64,000 bases of DNA from Oscillospiraceae bacterium (GCA_036656515.1 JAVVOA010000001.1:18243-82242), one strand, 5' to 3'. Positions 32,499 through 42,461 are shown, counted from the first letter of the stretch. The notes: generated by a model from the sequence alone, not told the origin. Translations and numbers: made by a program.

Positions 32499-33208
32499 CG
32501 CGCACCTCCGAACCGGCGACCCTCGGGGGACTGCAAATAGTCCTCCACCGTGCCATAAAACTGACGCTTCTGCCCGATGTGCAGGATGGTTTTGGCAGTT
32601 TGCAGGGCACTGCGCATGTCGTGGGTCACCATGACGATCGCCATGCCCTCCGTCTCGTTGAGATAGTGGAGGGTCTTGTATAAATCTTGGGTGGCGGCGG
32701 GATCCAAGCCCGTCACCGGCTCATCCAAAATCAGCAGGCGGGAGGCGGCGCACAGCGCCCGCGCCAACAGCACCCGCTGCTGCTGACCGCCGGATAAGTC
32801 CCGATAGCATTTGTTTTGCAGCTCTAAAATCCCCAGCTTGCCCAGATTCATCAGCGCACCGCTCTTTTGGGCGGAGGTGTAGAAAAAATGCATCCCCGGG
32901 GCAGAGAGATAGCCGGAGCGCACCACCTCCAGCACCGTGGCGGGAAAGTCCTTCTGCGCCCGGGTCTGTTGGGGCAGATAGCCGATGGCACCCGCCCGCA
33001 GCTCCGGCGCTCGAAAGATTTCGCCGGAGATGGGGGGCAGCAGTCCCAGCAGGCTTTTCATCAGGGTGGACTTGCCCGACCCATTGTCGCCCACCACGCA
33101 GAGATAGTCCCCGGCGGCGACAGACAGCTCCAAATGGGAGACCACCACATAGCCCTCATAGCCCAGACAGGCATCGTGACAGCCCAGCAGTTCGGTTTCG
33201 TTTAGCAT
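32495..33208 (-). CDS. Metal ABC transporter ATP-binding protein
   Basis: GDNGSGKST, LSGGQQQR, LDEP. Confidence 0.93.
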   Translation of the reverse strand: MLNETELLGCHDACLGYEGYVVVSHLELSVAAGDYLCVVGDNGSGKSTLMKSLLGLLPPISGEIFRAPELRAGAIGYLPQQTRAQKDFPATVLEVVRSGYLSAPGMHFFYTSAQKSGALMNLGKLGILELQNKCYRDLSGGQQQRVLLARALCAASRLLILDEPVTGLDPAATQDLYKTLHYLNETEGMAIVMVTHDMRSALQTAKTILHIGQKRQFYGTVEDYLQSPEGRRFGGAR

Positions 33209-34173
33209 AGACCCTCCCGCAGGGCGGCAACATTGGCCTCCATCAGATCCAGATAGGTGACACCGGCTTCAAACTCCGCCTGAGACAGATTGTGGCAGGC
33301 GTGAAACAGCAGGGACTTGGCACCGGTGGCCTCGCAGATGGCGTCGCTGATGGCCTCGCTGGACAGCTCCAAATGATAGACCACGGGGATGTCCTCGGTC
33401 TTCACCTTGTCGATCAAAAACGCCAGTGTCTTAGCCGATGGCTCGGTGTCGGCGCTACAGCCCTGAAAGGCGGCGCGATAGGCGATGCCATAGGTCTTGC
33501 AGAAATACAGCAGGGGAAACCGATCGCCGAAGACCATGGTGGTGCGCTTGGCATCCGCCATCACGTCCCGGAACTCCCCGTCGATCGTCTGCAATTGTGC
33601 CACATAATCGGCACAGTTTTTGCGATAGAGCTCCGCCCCGTCCGGGTCTGCCTGACAAAATGCGTCGCAGATGGCAGTCGCCAAACGCTGGGCGTTCACC
33701 GGCGATGTCCAGATGTGCTCGTCGTACTCGATTTCGTCGGAGTCGATTGCAGTCGCGTCATGGGCGGACTCCGCCTCCATGCCCTCAGCCAGCTCCTCCT
33801 CCATAGCGTCCACAAAATCCATCATGCGGACGGCCAGCTGGTCGCCCACGTCCATATTTTTCCGGGTCTCGTCCACCCAGTATTCGCCCTCGCCGCCGTT
33901 GTAGAGAAACACGTCCGCCTCTTGGATGGACACCACGTCCAGCGGGGTGGGCTCATAGCTGTGGCTCTCCCGTCCCGGGGTCAGCAGCAGGGACAGCTCC
34001 AAGCGGTCGCCGCCGATGGCGCGGGCAAAGTCGTAATAGGGGAAGATGGTGGCGACCACCTTCAGTTTTCCCCCCTCGTCTGGGGCGGGAGCGGCTGCCC
34101 CACAGCCCGCCAGCAGGGCGAGGCACAGTCCGGCGGTGCAAAGGAGGGCGCAAATTCGTTTCAGTCCGTTCAT
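33202..34173 (-). CDS. Metal ABC transporter substrate-binding lipoprotein (ZnuA/AdcA-like)
   Basis: Lipobox LAGC; ESHSYEP, DEHIW, EPS. Confidence 0.93.
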   Translation of the reverse strand: MNGLKRICALLCTAGLCLALLAGCGAAAPAPDEGGKLKVVATIFPYYDFARAIGGDRLELSLLLTPGRESHSYEPTPLDVVSIQEADVFLYNGGEGEYWVDETRKNMDVGDQLAVRMMDFVDAMEEELAEGMEAESAHDATAIDSDEIEYDEHIWTSPVNAQRLATAICDAFCQADPDGAELYRKNCADYVAQLQTIDGEFRDVMADAKRTTMVFGDRFPLLYFCKTYGIAYRAAFQGCSADTEPSAKTLAFLIDKVKTEDIPVVYHLELSSEAISDAICEATGAKSLLFHACHNLSQAEFEAGVTYLDLMEANVAALREGLC

Positions 34174-34616
34174 GGTAAATCCTTCATTTCTACTGTTTTG
34201 TTGTTTCCCGGTTCCGCTGTGTCAGGCTCCGCTTCGGCGCAGAGGTCGCACAGCCCATAGAGCATGGTCTTCCGGGGATTGATGGAAAAATGATGCGCCT
34301 GCTCCAAATGGGCGTACAGCGCCGCCAGCTGGGCACAGTCGGGATGGAGAATCCGTCCGCAGCGCTCGCATTTGAAGAGGAAGCAATCCCCGCTGGGGTG
34401 GGCGCAGTATTGATAGCACGCGCCGTCCTCCATGTTGATTTTGTGGATGTGTCCCGCCTGCTCCAACCGCTCTAGCTGTCGATAGACGGTGGTCAGCCCC
34501 ACGGAGAAGCCCTGTCGGCGCAGGTCCTCCACCAGCTCCAGCGCCGTGATACAGCCCTCTCGCTTGGCGGCGAGACAGGCGAGCACCGCCTGCTGCTGCT
34601 TGGTGTTATATGGCAT
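34170..34616 (-). CDS. Fur/Zur family transcriptional regulator
   Basis: VGLTTVYRQL, CERC, GLCDLC. Confidence 0.9.
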   Translation of the reverse strand: MPYNTKQQQAVLACLAAKREGCITALELVEDLRRQGFSVGLTTVYRQLERLEQAGHIHKINMEDGACYQYCAHPSGDCFLFKCERCGRILHPDCAQLAALYAHLEQAHHFSINPRKTMLYGLCDLCAEAEPDTAEPGNNKTVEMKDLP

Positions 34617-34651
34617 GAGCTCCCTACCTTTCCTAAGTGCGGTGTTGTCCC

Positions 34652-34682
34652 TAATATGAAAACGATTATCATTTTCGTATTA
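34652..34682. promoter_or_regulatory. Fur/Zur-type palindromic operator
   Basis: TAATATGAAAACGATTATCATTTTCGTATTA, near-perfect 15-1-15 palindrome directly upstream of the regulator. Confidence 0.75.
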
Positions 34683-34802
34683 TAGACCCATTGGGGAAAA
34701 TGTCAAGTGTGACTTGCAAAATCCGACCCGTTGCGGTAAAGTATGAGGACAAGCGTCCATCCGACAGACGGCGGGCGCGGACAGAGAAGTGAGGTATGGG
34801 CG

Positions 34803-35722
34803 ATGAAGGCGGCATTGGTGATTATGGCGGCGGGACTGGGCTCCCGTTATGGCGGCAGCAAACAGGTGGACGGCATCGGACCCAGCGGCGAGATTTTGAT
34901 GGAATACTCCATCTATGACGCTCTGCGGGCGGGCTTTACCAAGGTGGTGTTCATCATCAAGCCAGAGATGGAGGACATGGTGCGCGATCTCTGCGGCGAC
35001 CGGATCGCCCGACAATTGACGGCGGAGGGCACGCCGATAGAGGTCTGCTATGCGACCCAGGATTTCTCCACGGTGCCGTCGTTTTACAAGATTCCGGCGG
35101 GGCGAACCAAGCCCTTCGGCACGGTACACGCCGTCCTCTGCGCGGCACCCTATGTGCAGGAGCCGTTTTGCGTCATCAACGCCGACGACTATTATGGCGT
35201 GGACGCGTATCGCACCATCTATGACGAGCTGATGCATCTGCCGGCAGAGGGCGCGCCACCATGGTGGGCTATCTGCTGCAAAATACCGCCAGCTTGAACG
35301 GCACGGTGTCCCGGGGCATCTGCGCCGTGGAAAACGGCTGTCTCCTCCGCTGCCGAGAGGCACTGAAGGTGCAGCTCTATGCCGACGGCTCTCTCCGGGA
35401 TTTAAACGAGGGCACGGACTTTGCGGCGGACACCATTGCCTCCATGAATTTCTGGGGCTTTGCCCCCAGTATCTTCCCGGCGCTACAGACGTATTTCGAG
35501 ACGTTTTTGCGGGAGGAGGCCGGGGACAATCCCAAGGCGGAGTGCCTGCTGCCTGTGATGGTGGGCAAGCAATTGGAGACAGGGGCGCTGACGGTGTCGG
35601 TGCTGCAATCCGCGGCCAAATGGTTCGGCATGACGTATCGGGAGGATCGGGAGACGGTGGCGGCGGCACTGGGCGAGCTGCACCGGGCGGGGATCTATCC
35701 CAAAAGTCTGCGGGAGCTATAG
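34803..35722 (+). pseudogene. Nucleotidyltransferase (NDP-sugar synthase-like), frameshifted near 35252
   Basis: MKAALVIMAAGLGSRYGG..KQ...RTKPFGT..INADDYYG in one frame, TMVGYLL.NT...SMNFWGF...WFGMTYRED in another. Confidence 0.8.
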
Positions 35723-36052
35723 GGAGCCGCTGCATCCATCCCGCCCCACATCTAGGCGGCGTATTTTCCGTCTGGACATCGCCAAAAAACCTTGCAATAC
35801 GTCGGTATTCTTGGGCGTTTTGGCTCGCCAGACAAAAAATACCCGCGCCGATCCATGGACGGATGGAACCAGAGATTTCTTGGGCGATGGGACAACAGAA
35901 AGCGGGGCAACCACGGGGCTGTCCCGCTTTTTCACAGCCTGTCCCGGAACCAAAAAGCGGTAATGTTGGTATTGTGTGCCGGGGAGGAATATGTTACAAT
36001 CGAGAAGATACTGGACTTCATTTGTAAGTATTGGAAAAAACGGAGGATGGAA

Positions 36053-37462
36053 ATGAAAAAGAAGGCTTTTTTACTCCCGCTGTTGCTGGCTGTGGCACTG
36101 TTGCTGACTGCCTGCGGCGAAGTGGTGCCCAAAACACCGAAAACCATCACCCTTTGGCATTATTATAATGCGGATATCAAAAGCCGGTTTGACGATTTGG
36201 TGCAGACCTTCAACGAGACGGTGGGCGCGAAAAACGGCATTCTGGTGGATGCCTATTCTCTGGGGGATGTCAACGAGCTGGCGGATGCGGTCTATGCTGC
36301 CGCCAACCACGACGTGGGTGCCCAGGAGCTGCCGGACATTTTCTCCGCCTATTCCGACAGTGCCCTGCGGGTGGATCAGCTGGGTGCGGTGGCCACACTG
36401 GACGACTATTTCACCGCCGATGAGCTGGCGCTCTACCGCCCGGAATTTATCGAGGACGGGCGGTTCACCGCCGATGGCAGCCTGAAAATCATGCCCGTTG
36501 CCAAGTCCACAGAACTGTCCTTTGTCAACCTGACGGCGTATGAGAAATTCGCGGCGGCAACCGGTGCCAGCTCGGATGCGCTGTCCACATGGGAGGGGAT
36601 TGTGGAGACTGCCAAGGCCTATTACGACTGGTCGGGCGGCAAGGCGTTTTTTGGCATGGACTCCATGGCGAACTATATGATTTTGGGTGCCAAGCAGTTG
36701 GGAGAGGATATCTTTACCACCGGGGCTGACGGCAGGACCAGCCTGAGCCTGAGCCCCAAAACCGCCAGAAAGCTGTGGGATCACTTCTATGTCCCCTATG
36801 TCAGCGGCTATTTCACAGCGGTGGGGCGGTTTCGCTCCGACGATATGAAAAGCGGCAATATCATCATGTTTGTGGGCTCCAATTCCAGCGCCTCCTTCTT
36901 CCCCAAAACCATCGAGACCGGGAAGGACAGCTCCTATGAGACGGAGGCAATGGTGCGCCCCTATCCCCATTTCCGGGGGCGAGATCTGTATTGTGTCCAG
37001 CAGGGCGCGGGAATGGTGGTGGCCAAAAGCGATCCCGAAACCGAAAAAGCCTGCGTGCTGTTCCTCAAATGGCTGACCGCGCCGGAGCAAAATGCCCCCT
37101 TTGCCGCCGCCACCTCCTATCTACCGGTGCAGAATGCGGCGCTCTCCCACGAGAAAACCATGGAGATTTTAAACCTCACCGATGAGACGGATATTCTGTT
37201 CCAGACCAGCCGCGCCGTCTATGAGATGGCGGACGGCTATGCGCTTTACGCATCAAAGCCCTTTGCCAAGAGCTTCGACGCCCGGCGTGTGCTGGAAAAA
37301 TCCATGCTGACCCGGGCACAGGATGCCCGCGCCGCGCTGGGTGAACAGGTTGCCGCCGGAGGTGACCGCGCCGCCCTGCTGGCAGAGGCCTGCGGCACGG
37401 AAAACTTTGAGCTGTGGTATCAGACTCTTATAACAGAAATCGGCGGTTTACTGGGCGAGTAG
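36053..37462 (+). CDS. Extracellular solute-binding lipoprotein
   Basis: Lipobox LTAC; ITLWHYY, LPDIF, SYLPV. Confidence 0.9.
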   Translation: MKKKAFLLPLLLAVALLLTACGEVVPKTPKTITLWHYYNADIKSRFDDLVQTFNETVGAKNGILVDAYSLGDVNELADAVYAAANHDVGAQELPDIFSAYSDSALRVDQLGAVATLDDYFTADELALYRPEFIEDGRFTADGSLKIMPVAKSTELSFVNLTAYEKFAAATGASSDALSTWEGIVETAKAYYDWSGGKAFFGMDSMANYMILGAKQLGEDIFTTGADGRTSLSLSPKTARKLWDHFYVPYVSGYFTAVGRFRSDDMKSGNIIMFVGSNSSASFFPKTIETGKDSSYETEAMVRPYPHFRGRDLYCVQQGAGMVVAKSDPETEKACVLFLKWLTAPEQNAPFAAATSYLPVQNAALSHEKTMEILNLTDETDILFQTSRAVYEMADGYALYASKPFAKSFDARRVLEKSMLTRAQDARAALGEQVAAGGDRAALLAEACGTENFELWYQTLITEIGGLLGE

Positions 37463-37484
37463 TCCCGGGCGATTACGAAAGCGG

Positions 37485-40424
37485 GTGAGAAGCATGAAAA
37501 AAGGGAAGTCTGCGCTGTTTAGTCTGACGATTGCCATTCTGATTATTGTGTTTGCGCAGATTGCCTTGATCGGCGGCACACTGATTGCCAGCGGCGTCAT
37601 CTCCAAGCTGGACGACAATGCCTATGAGATTTTCTCACAGACGGTCAGGACCCGAGCCAGCTATGTGGAGAGCGAGATGTACAACCGCTGGTCGGAAATC
37701 GACGCTTTTGCCAATGACCTTGCTATCAGCTATCCGGCAGATGTTGCTACAGACGGGAAGCGGCTCGCCTATTTGGAGACTGCCGCCCCCACCCTGATCA
37801 CCATGCTGCGGGAAACCGATGCCACCGGTGCTTTCTTGATTCTGGATGATAACAAGGATCCGGACAGCGCCCATTCCTGCCTGTATTTCATAGATGGCGA
37901 CCCCGGCTATAACGATTTGCAGAACAACAGCGATCTGATGCTGCTCAAGGGTCCGGTGGAGTTTTTAAAGAAGTTTCAAATCCCGCTGCACATCGCGTGG
38001 AACTATGGCATCACGCTGGATGACAGCAATCGGGACTTGTTCGACCGCCCCTATTTTGCCGGAAAGACCTTGAAAACCACCGAGCATTTGGGCTATTGGA
38101 GTATCTCGGACTCCTTTGCCGATCCAGAAGCCAAGGTCATCACCTATACCAAGCCTCTCATCTCCGCCGATGGCGAGGTATTCGGCGTGGCGGGGGTGGA
38201 GATCTCTCAGGACTATCTGTACCGCCTGCTGCCCCGGGAGGAGCTTTCCAACGACAGCTATAACGGCTATGCCATCGTGGGGGACAGTGCTGACGGGATC
38301 GAGCCGCTGATTGTGCAGGGCGCCATGCTGCGCAAGGCACTGCCCTATGGAAAGAACTTGAACATGCAACTGAAAAATGAAGCGACGGGCAGCTATTCCA
38401 TCTGGGCGGACGGGATGCGGCTCAGCGGACATTTGGAGCAGTTGCCGCTGTACAATCGCAACACCCCCTTTAGCGGGACACGCTGGTATGTGCTGGGCGT
38501 TGCCAGAGAGAGCTCGCTCACCCGGTATTCAGAAAACCTGACCAAGACCCTCACCACCGCTATGTCAGCCTCTCTTCTGATCGGCATTATCTTTGCCGTG
38601 CTGATGGGTCTCTTTTTCTCCAAACCGTTGAAGGAACTGGCGACGCAGATTCACAGCTTCCGACCCGGGGATAAGCTGCGGCTGACCCCCACCGGCATTT
38701 TGGAGATCGACGCGCTGTCACAGGCGATGGAGCAGCTCAACGAGGACGTTTTAAGCTCGGTGCTGAAAACCGACAAGATCATCGACATGGTCAATTTGGA
38801 TATCGGCTCCTTTGAGTATAAGACCGGCGACGAGACGGTCAAGGTCTCTGCCACACTGGCCGCCATGCTCCACCTGCCCCAGGTTGCCACCGGCTTTGTG
38901 GACAAAAAAGTCTTTGTGGACTGTCTGCACCGCCTGAAGAAAAATCCTACGGAGGATCATCTCTATCCCTTTGGCAGCAATCCCGTGAAATGGCTGAAAC
39001 TGGAGGATGTGACCACGGACAGCGGCGAATTCGGCATTGTGATGGATGCCACCCGGGACGAAATGGCGCGGCTTGCCCTCAAGCGGGATCGGGACTTCGA
39101 CGCCTTGACCGGCATCTACAACCGCTTTGCCTTTCAGCGTGTGATCACAGAGCTGTTTGCAAAGGAAAACTTTTCCCATGCGGCCTTTATCATGTGCGAT
39201 CTGGACAATCTCAAGCATGTCAACGACACCTATGGACACGACACGGGGGACAAATATATCCGGGCGACGGCGGGGTTCCTCACCCGCTATTTCAGGGGAA
39301 AGCGCGCCCTCTATGCCCGGATGTCCGGGGACGAGTTTTACATTTTCCTCTATGGCTATGACTCCATCGAGAAAATCCGGGACATTGTGTTCGGGATGCA
39401 CCGCGCCTTGGGCAGCGAGTCCATCCCCCTGCCGGACGGCACCATCTTTCGTCTGAAAATGTCCTCCGGCGTGGCGTGGTATCCGGAGAGCAGCCGGGAG
39501 CCGGAGGAGCTGATGCGCTATGCGGACTTTGCCATGTATCAGGGCAAACACACCGTCAAGGGCGGTATCCGGGAATTCGACAGCCAGATGTATCAGGAGG
39601 AATCCTATCTCTTTACCGGCAAGGAGGAGCTGTATACCGTTTTGGATGAACAGCTTTTTTCCTATGCGTTTCAACCCATTATCAGCGCGGCGGATGGCAG
39701 TCTCTACGGCTATGAGGCGCTGATGCGACCCGGCGGCAAGACCCTCAATTCGCCGGAAAAGCTGCTCAACCTCGCCCAGATGGAGGGACAGCTCTACAAG
39801 GTGGAGCGCGATACCTTCTATGCGGTGCTGGGTCTGGCCTCGCTGTATCAAGACCTGTTCCAAAATTGCAAGCTGTTTCTAAATTCGGTGCCCAATCAGA
39901 TGCTGAAGGAAACGGAATATGAGGAGCTGGCGCATCTGTATGCCGACTGTCTGGACTGTCTGGTGATTGAGATCACGGAGAGCGAGAGCATCAACGACGC
40001 CTCGCTGCGCCGGAAAAAGGACTTGGTCAAGCAGTGGGGCGCACTGCTGGCACTGGATGATTACGGCACCGGCTATGCCAATGATATGCTGTTGCTGAAC
40101 CTGAAGCCCGATCTGATCAAAATCGACCGGTTTCTGGTGGACGGGATCGAGACGGATAAAAACAAGCTGGATCTGGTCAAAAAAACCATCGCCTTCGCCG
40201 CCGAGCGGAACATCATCGTCCTTGCCGAGGGCGTGGAGACGGAGAGCCAGCTCCGGGTGCTGGTGGCGGCGGGCATCGGACTCATTCAGGGCTACTACGC
40301 CGCAAGACCCATGCCCCTGCCCAATTTCGACTGCACCGAAATCGCCGAAACCATCCGAGCCATCCGAGAGGGTACGGGGAGTACGGAGAGTACGGGGAGT
40401 ACGGAGAGTACGCCAACTTTTTGA
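37485..40424 (+). CDS. Membrane sensor diguanylate cyclase/phosphodiesterase (GGDEF+EAL)
   Basis: 2 TM around a large extracellular domain; DALTG, DLDNLKHVND..GH, SGDEF; EALMRP, DDYGTGY, AEGVET. Confidence 0.93.
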   Translation: MRSMKKGKSALFSLTIAILIIVFAQIALIGGTLIASGVISKLDDNAYEIFSQTVRTRASYVESEMYNRWSEIDAFANDLAISYPADVATDGKRLAYLETAAPTLITMLRETDATGAFLILDDNKDPDSAHSCLYFIDGDPGYNDLQNNSDLMLLKGPVEFLKKFQIPLHIAWNYGITLDDSNRDLFDRPYFAGKTLKTTEHLGYWSISDSFADPEAKVITYTKPLISADGEVFGVAGVEISQDYLYRLLPREELSNDSYNGYAIVGDSADGIEPLIVQGAMLRKALPYGKNLNMQLKNEATGSYSIWADGMRLSGHLEQLPLYNRNTPFSGTRWYVLGVARESSLTRYSENLTKTLTTAMSASLLIGIIFAVLMGLFFSKPLKELATQIHSFRPGDKLRLTPTGILEIDALSQAMEQLNEDVLSSVLKTDKIIDMVNLDIGSFEYKTGDETVKVSATLAAMLHLPQVATGFVDKKVFVDCLHRLKKNPTEDHLYPFGSNPVKWLKLEDVTTDSGEFGIVMDATRDEMARLALKRDRDFDALTGIYNRFAFQRVITELFAKENFSHAAFIMCDLDNLKHVNDTYGHDTGDKYIRATAGFLTRYFRGKRALYARMSGDEFYIFLYGYDSIEKIRDIVFGMHRALGSESIPLPDGTIFRLKMSSGVAWYPESSREPEELMRYADFAMYQGKHTVKGGIREFDSQMYQEESYLFTGKEELYTVLDEQLFSYAFQPIISAADGSLYGYEALMRPGGKTLNSPEKLLNLAQMEGQLYKVERDTFYAVLGLASLYQDLFQNCKLFLNSVPNQMLKETEYEELAHLYADCLDCLVIEITESESINDASLRRKKDLVKQWGALLALDDYGTGYANDMLLLNLKPDLIKIDRFLVDGIETDKNKLDLVKKTIAFAAERNIIVLAEGVETESQLRVLVAAGIGLIQGYYAARPMPLPNFDCTEIAETIRAIREGTGSTESTGSTESTPTF

Positions 40425-40713
40425 AAAAAGTTGGACAAAAACTTTTAATGATCTGATTTTGTTGGACTTTCCATTTGAATCGGCGAGCCAAAGATTGGGA
40501 CAAAAAAGCCAGTAGGGGCGGATAGTATCCGCCCCTACGTCAATTTTCCAAGAGACTTTCGTATCTCGTTATTGGAATAAAACAGAGGGGCGGATACCAT
40601 CCGCCCCTCTGCCTATTTCCTGATAGACTGTCTAACCTGATCACAAAAGTTTTTGCCAGGCTTTTTTCAAAAAGCCGCGTAGCCTGCCTCGCGTACTCAG
40701 CCCTCGCGCGTAC
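40372..40713. mobile_element. MITE/REPIN-like element with two nested REP hairpins and GTAC tandem flanks
   Basis: Inverted hairpin ends; (GTACGGRGA)x4; GTAGGGGCGGAT...ATCCGCCCCTAC at 40512-40538 and a second hairpin at 40583-40611. Confidence 0.8.
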
Positions 40714-42324
40714 TTAGCCCTGGGCTGCCTGCCGGGCTTTTTTGATTTCCAGATAGTCGTCGTAGGCGCAGGGATAGTCCACGCAGCCGTCCGGTGTAAT
40801 TTCGATGATGCGGGTGGCGATGGTCTGGATGAACTCGTGGTCGTGGGAGGAGAAGATGACGATGCCCTTAAAGTCCGACAGGCCATTGTTCACGGCGGTG
40901 ATGGACTCCAAATCCAGATGGTTGGTGGGCTGATCCAGCACCAGCACGTTGCTGCCGTAGAGCATCATGCGGGAGAGCATGCAGCGCACCCGCTCGCCGC
41001 CGGAGAGCACCTTGGCGTGTTTAAACACCTCGTCGCCGGAGAAGAGCATCCGCCCCAAAAAGCCCCGCAAAAAGGTCTCGGTATCCTCGCCGGGTGTGTA
41101 TTGGCGGAGCCACTCGATGAGAGTCAGCTCGAGCCCGTCGAAATACTCGCCGTTGTCCTTGGGGAAATAGGAGAAGGTGGTGGTGCCGCCCCATTTAAAG
41201 GTGCCGCTGTCCGGCTCGTCCTCGCCGGCGATGATTTTCAGCAGCGCGGTCACCGACATCTCGTTTTCGCTTAAGAAGCAGACCTTGTCGGTGCGTCCCA
41301 GACGGAAGGTGACGTTGTTTAGTACCTGCTGTCCGCTGATGGTTTTGCAGAGGCTGTCCGCCTCTAAAATCTCCTTGCCCGGCTCCCGATCGGGGGTGAA
41401 GCCCACAAAGGGATAGCGGCGAGAGGACGCGGGCAGCTCCTCCACCGTCAGCTTGTCGATCAGCTTTTTCCGGCTGGTGGCCTGCCGGGACTTGGATTTG
41501 TTGGCGGAGAACCGGGTGATGAAGTTCTGCAAATCCGCAATCTTCTCCTCGGCGCGCTTGTTCTGGGATTTCATCAGCCGCTGGATCAGCTGGCTGGACT
41601 CGTACCAGAACTCATAGTTGCCCACATACATCTTGATCTGATTGAAGTCGATGTCCACGATGTGGGTGCAGACGTTGTTTAAGAAATGGCGGTCATGGGA
41701 GACCACAATCACCGTGCCGGGGTATTCGATGAGAAATTCCTCCAGCCAATCCACGGCGGTGGTGTCCAGCTGGTTGGTGGGCTCATCCAGCAGAATGATG
41801 TCCGGCTTGCCAAACAGCGCCTGTGCCAGCAGCACCTTGACCTTCTGACTGTCGGGTATGGCGGACATCTGGCTGCCCAAAATGGTCTCGGACAGACCCA
41901 GACCCTGAATCAGACGGGAGGCGTCGCTCTCCGACTCCCAGCCGTTCATCTCGGCATACTGCCCCTCTAGCTCGGAGACACGGATGCCGTCCGCGTCGGA
42001 AAAGTCCTCTTTTTCGTACAGGGCATCCTTTTCCTTGCCGATGTCATAGAGGGCCTTGTTGCCCATGATGACAGTGTCCAGCACCGAGTAGTCGTCAAAC
42101 TCGAAGTGATCCTGCTTGAGCACCGACATCCGCTGGTGGGGCGGGATGATGATGCAGCCGGTGGACGGCTCCAGCTGGCCGGAGAGCAGCTTTAAAAAGG
42201 TGGACTTTCCCGCGCCGTTGGCGCCGATGATGCCATAGCAGTTCTCCGGCGTGAACTTCAGGTCAACATGCTTGAAAAGCGCCTGCCCGGTAAAGGACAG
42301 GCTGAGATCGGAAACAGTAATCAT
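40714..42324 (-). CDS. ABC-F family ATP-binding protein (YbiT/YkpA-like)
   Basis: Two ABC domains, no TM; GANGAGKST, LDEPTN, LDQPTNHLD. Confidence 0.93.
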   Translation of the reverse strand: MITVSDLSLSFTGQALFKHVDLKFTPENCYGIIGANGAGKSTFLKLLSGQLEPSTGCIIIPPHQRMSVLKQDHFEFDDYSVLDTVIMGNKALYDIGKEKDALYEKEDFSDADGIRVSELEGQYAEMNGWESESDASRLIQGLGLSETILGSQMSAIPDSQKVKVLLAQALFGKPDIILLDEPTNQLDTTAVDWLEEFLIEYPGTVIVVSHDRHFLNNVCTHIVDIDFNQIKMYVGNYEFWYESSQLIQRLMKSQNKRAEEKIADLQNFITRFSANKSKSRQATSRKKLIDKLTVEELPASSRRYPFVGFTPDREPGKEILEADSLCKTISGQQVLNNVTFRLGRTDKVCFLSENEMSVTALLKIIAGEDEPDSGTFKWGGTTTFSYFPKDNGEYFDGLELTLIEWLRQYTPGEDTETFLRGFLGRMLFSGDEVFKHAKVLSGGERVRCMLSRMMLYGSNVLVLDQPTNHLDLESITAVNNGLSDFKGIVIFSSHDHEFIQTIATRIIEITPDGCVDYPCAYDDYLEIKKARQAAQG

Positions 42325-42461
42325 GTGGATGACTCCTTTTGGGTAATTGAATTCTTGCAAAACAGCGGCAAATGACCGCAAATAATCCAGAATGCACCTA
42401 GCATATCACATTCCCGGCACAAAGTACAGTGCGACAGAATATTCTTTCCAGAAAACGCCGC

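Noticed and set aside
35792-36052. Extended N-termini given by the ORF track (SBP, infB, pyrC, pyrK, tsaB, spmA, SLH protein)
   Set aside because: Better RBS-supported downstream starts match family N-termini
40372-40713. Possible CRISPR array
   Set aside because: No regularly spaced identical direct repeats with unique spacers; repeats are inverted and dispersed; no cas genes
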